The translations under genes were made by a program, and so were the position numbers. From positions 9,909 to 73,908 of the forward strand of contig CAVZKL010000019.1 of assembly GCA_963775895.1 (NCBI GenBank): 64,000 bases of DNA, given 5' to 3'. The notes under the pieces are model-generated. The model had not been told where the DNA came from, did no database searches, and worked only from the letters and a program-made list of their open reading frames with translations. This stretch comes from Candidatus Bathyarchaeota archaeon. GTDB lineage: Archaea; Thermoproteota; Bathyarchaeia; Bathyarchaeales; Bathycorpusculaceae. This document shows positions 62,651 to 64,000 of this stretch, in pieces (the first letter of the stretch is position 1; each line of letters starts with the position of its first letter).

Positions 62651-62776
62651 CTATCTGGACTGTTGCCTTTCAAGTCTGGCAAGCTTTTTATCCTTACGCT
62701 GCTTTTCTCTTTCCTTCTTCTTCCGAGGTTGAGGGCGTTTTCGATCTTGTACTGATGTTTCTCCTTTCTTCCGCAT
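62651..62776 (-). CDS. Putative 41-aa basic microprotein
   Basis: AGGTGG SD; MRKKGETSVQDRKRPQPRKKKEREKQRKDKKLARLERQQSR. Confidence 0.55.
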   Translation of the reverse strand: MRKKGETSVQDRKRPQPRKKKEREKQRKDKKLARLERQQSR

Positions 62777-63158
62777 GTAACCACCTACTTCTCACAAAAG
62801 AAAAAGATTCGTCTTCTTTCTTGATGAACGATTCTTCTCTTCAGGTATAACTAAGTCATTACGATTTTTATGGCTTGTCCCTTCCTCAGCAAATCGCACG
62901 TTAAGCGATCTGACAAATCCAACTGATCCATTATAACTTTAAGCTGTTGCGCGCCGCCTAATTCAAAAATGGAGAAACGACAGGGGGGGGAATAAAGCGC
63001 GCGCTATAAGAAAAAATGAAAAGAAAAATTGACGTGCACTGCGGGTGCACACGACGACTGACCTCTTTCAACCTCTTAGTTCTCAAATACAGGTCAGCAA
63101 CGGTCACTTAGCAGGAGGATTTCAAATAGGGGAATGCACAGAATGACCAGACATGTGA

Positions 63159-63745
63159 GTGACCACTATGGCGAGTGATGAATGGTGTGTTGCAGTTTTC
63201 CAATGCACGCCGGAGAATGTCAGAGGTGTTCTTCTTGATTTCTATGGTTTCATGAAAGATGTTGAGGGTGTCAAAAGTCTTCATTTCCTGATCAGGGATC
63301 GCATCAAGAACGAGATTGTTGTCAGTTTTCGCGTGCTTGCAACGGAGAAAACCAGAGAGATTGTCAGGAGCAAGATGAACTACAAACTCGGAATTCTCGT
63401 TCCCGACAAGTTCGCAGTCGATCCTGACCCGCAGAGCTCGTTGAACAAATATGTTGCTTGGGGCACCGAAAAAAGAATGTCTAAGTCGGGTCTCGACAAG
63501 TTTCCGAATTCTGTAATCTTCTCAGCAAGATGAGTGGTTTAGTCATAGAAATGTTGAAGAAGGATTATTTCGGTTCTCGTGAGAGAGTTGAAATTGCCCA
63601 TGTAATGTCTTGGATGCTTGGATGTACTGAGTACGGGAAAATGAGCCCAACTCACTGGGAACTTGGGTATTATGACCGAATAGAAGACAAGTGTTTTCCA
63701 TACCTGAGACAAGACTTTCCACAAACCCAGAAATCTGAACCGTAG
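63159..63745 (+). CDS. Hypothetical protein (~190 aa); frameshift near 63505
   Basis: Two overlapping ORFs join into one protein-like sequence (…DKF/EFCNLLSKMSGLVIEML…). Confidence 0.6.
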
Positions 63746-64000
63746 CTTCATGGACATACCGCGTGATGGCTCAACGAGCTCTTCGAGCTCACGACTGCCT
63801 ACCTCCTTCTAATCTCTTAGTTCTTTCAAACCTCTCTGTTAGCGCGCGGCTTTTTGAACGTAAGGTTCAGGTTCCGAGAATCAGATGTGGCAGTGAGCAG
63901 TCTATTGTTCCTTGGACCCATTGATAGGCGAGATTCTTTCTTACCTGGAATTCCCTTAGTGCGCGCGCTGATTGAACTAATGATTGGTGTTTGTTTCTGG

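Noticed and set aside
60717-62850. Track ORFs 60717-60917, 60817-61221, 61305-61676, 61917-62165 and 62623-62850 on the + strand
   Set aside because: Most are Phe/Leu/Ser-rich antisense shadows of the SD-led minus-strand microproteins; 61917-62165 has no recognisable motif.

Overview
This is an archaeal chromosome segment, most likely Bathyarchaeia (TACK). The evidence is archaeal ribosomal proteins (S19e, L39e, L31e, LX, P0/P1), DGGGP synthase, an EndA with a Crenarchaea-type loop, Bathyarchaeia-style dockerins and a Cren7-like protein. Single-base indels break many genes, including rpl11 and rpl31e, which points to uncorrected long-read errors. Bases 1-35.7 kb are mostly core housekeeping: P-type ATPases, satP-acs, CDF transporters, asnS, glyS, lipid and sugar enzymes, and the secE-spt5-rpl11-rpl1-rpl10-rpl12 and rps19e...ftsY clusters. 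A nucleoside-uptake block (36-44.9 kb) splits the usual rnp4-yhbY-rps19e operon. From about 47 kb the region is accessory, with five notable parts. (1) A tungstate ABC locus has a dockerin-bearing TupA and is flanked by surface-anchored molybdopterin-oxidoreductase-fold proteins. (2) Three direct copies of a ~66-bp structured element carry a tRNA(Leu)-like 3' end and a 7-bp-spacer dyad; they delimit integrase-free gene blocks, suggesting a tRNA-att cassette array. (3) (GC)n motifs are strongly enriched next to stop codons. (4) An unannotated cluster of SD-led microproteins sits at 60.8-62.8 kb (Cren7-like, poly-Glu, poly-basic, single LIM-like finger). (5) That cluster is punctuated by an 18-bp site in alternating orientation. 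No intact tRNA, rRNA or CRISPR array was seen. All family assignments come from motif recognition by eye, not database searches.
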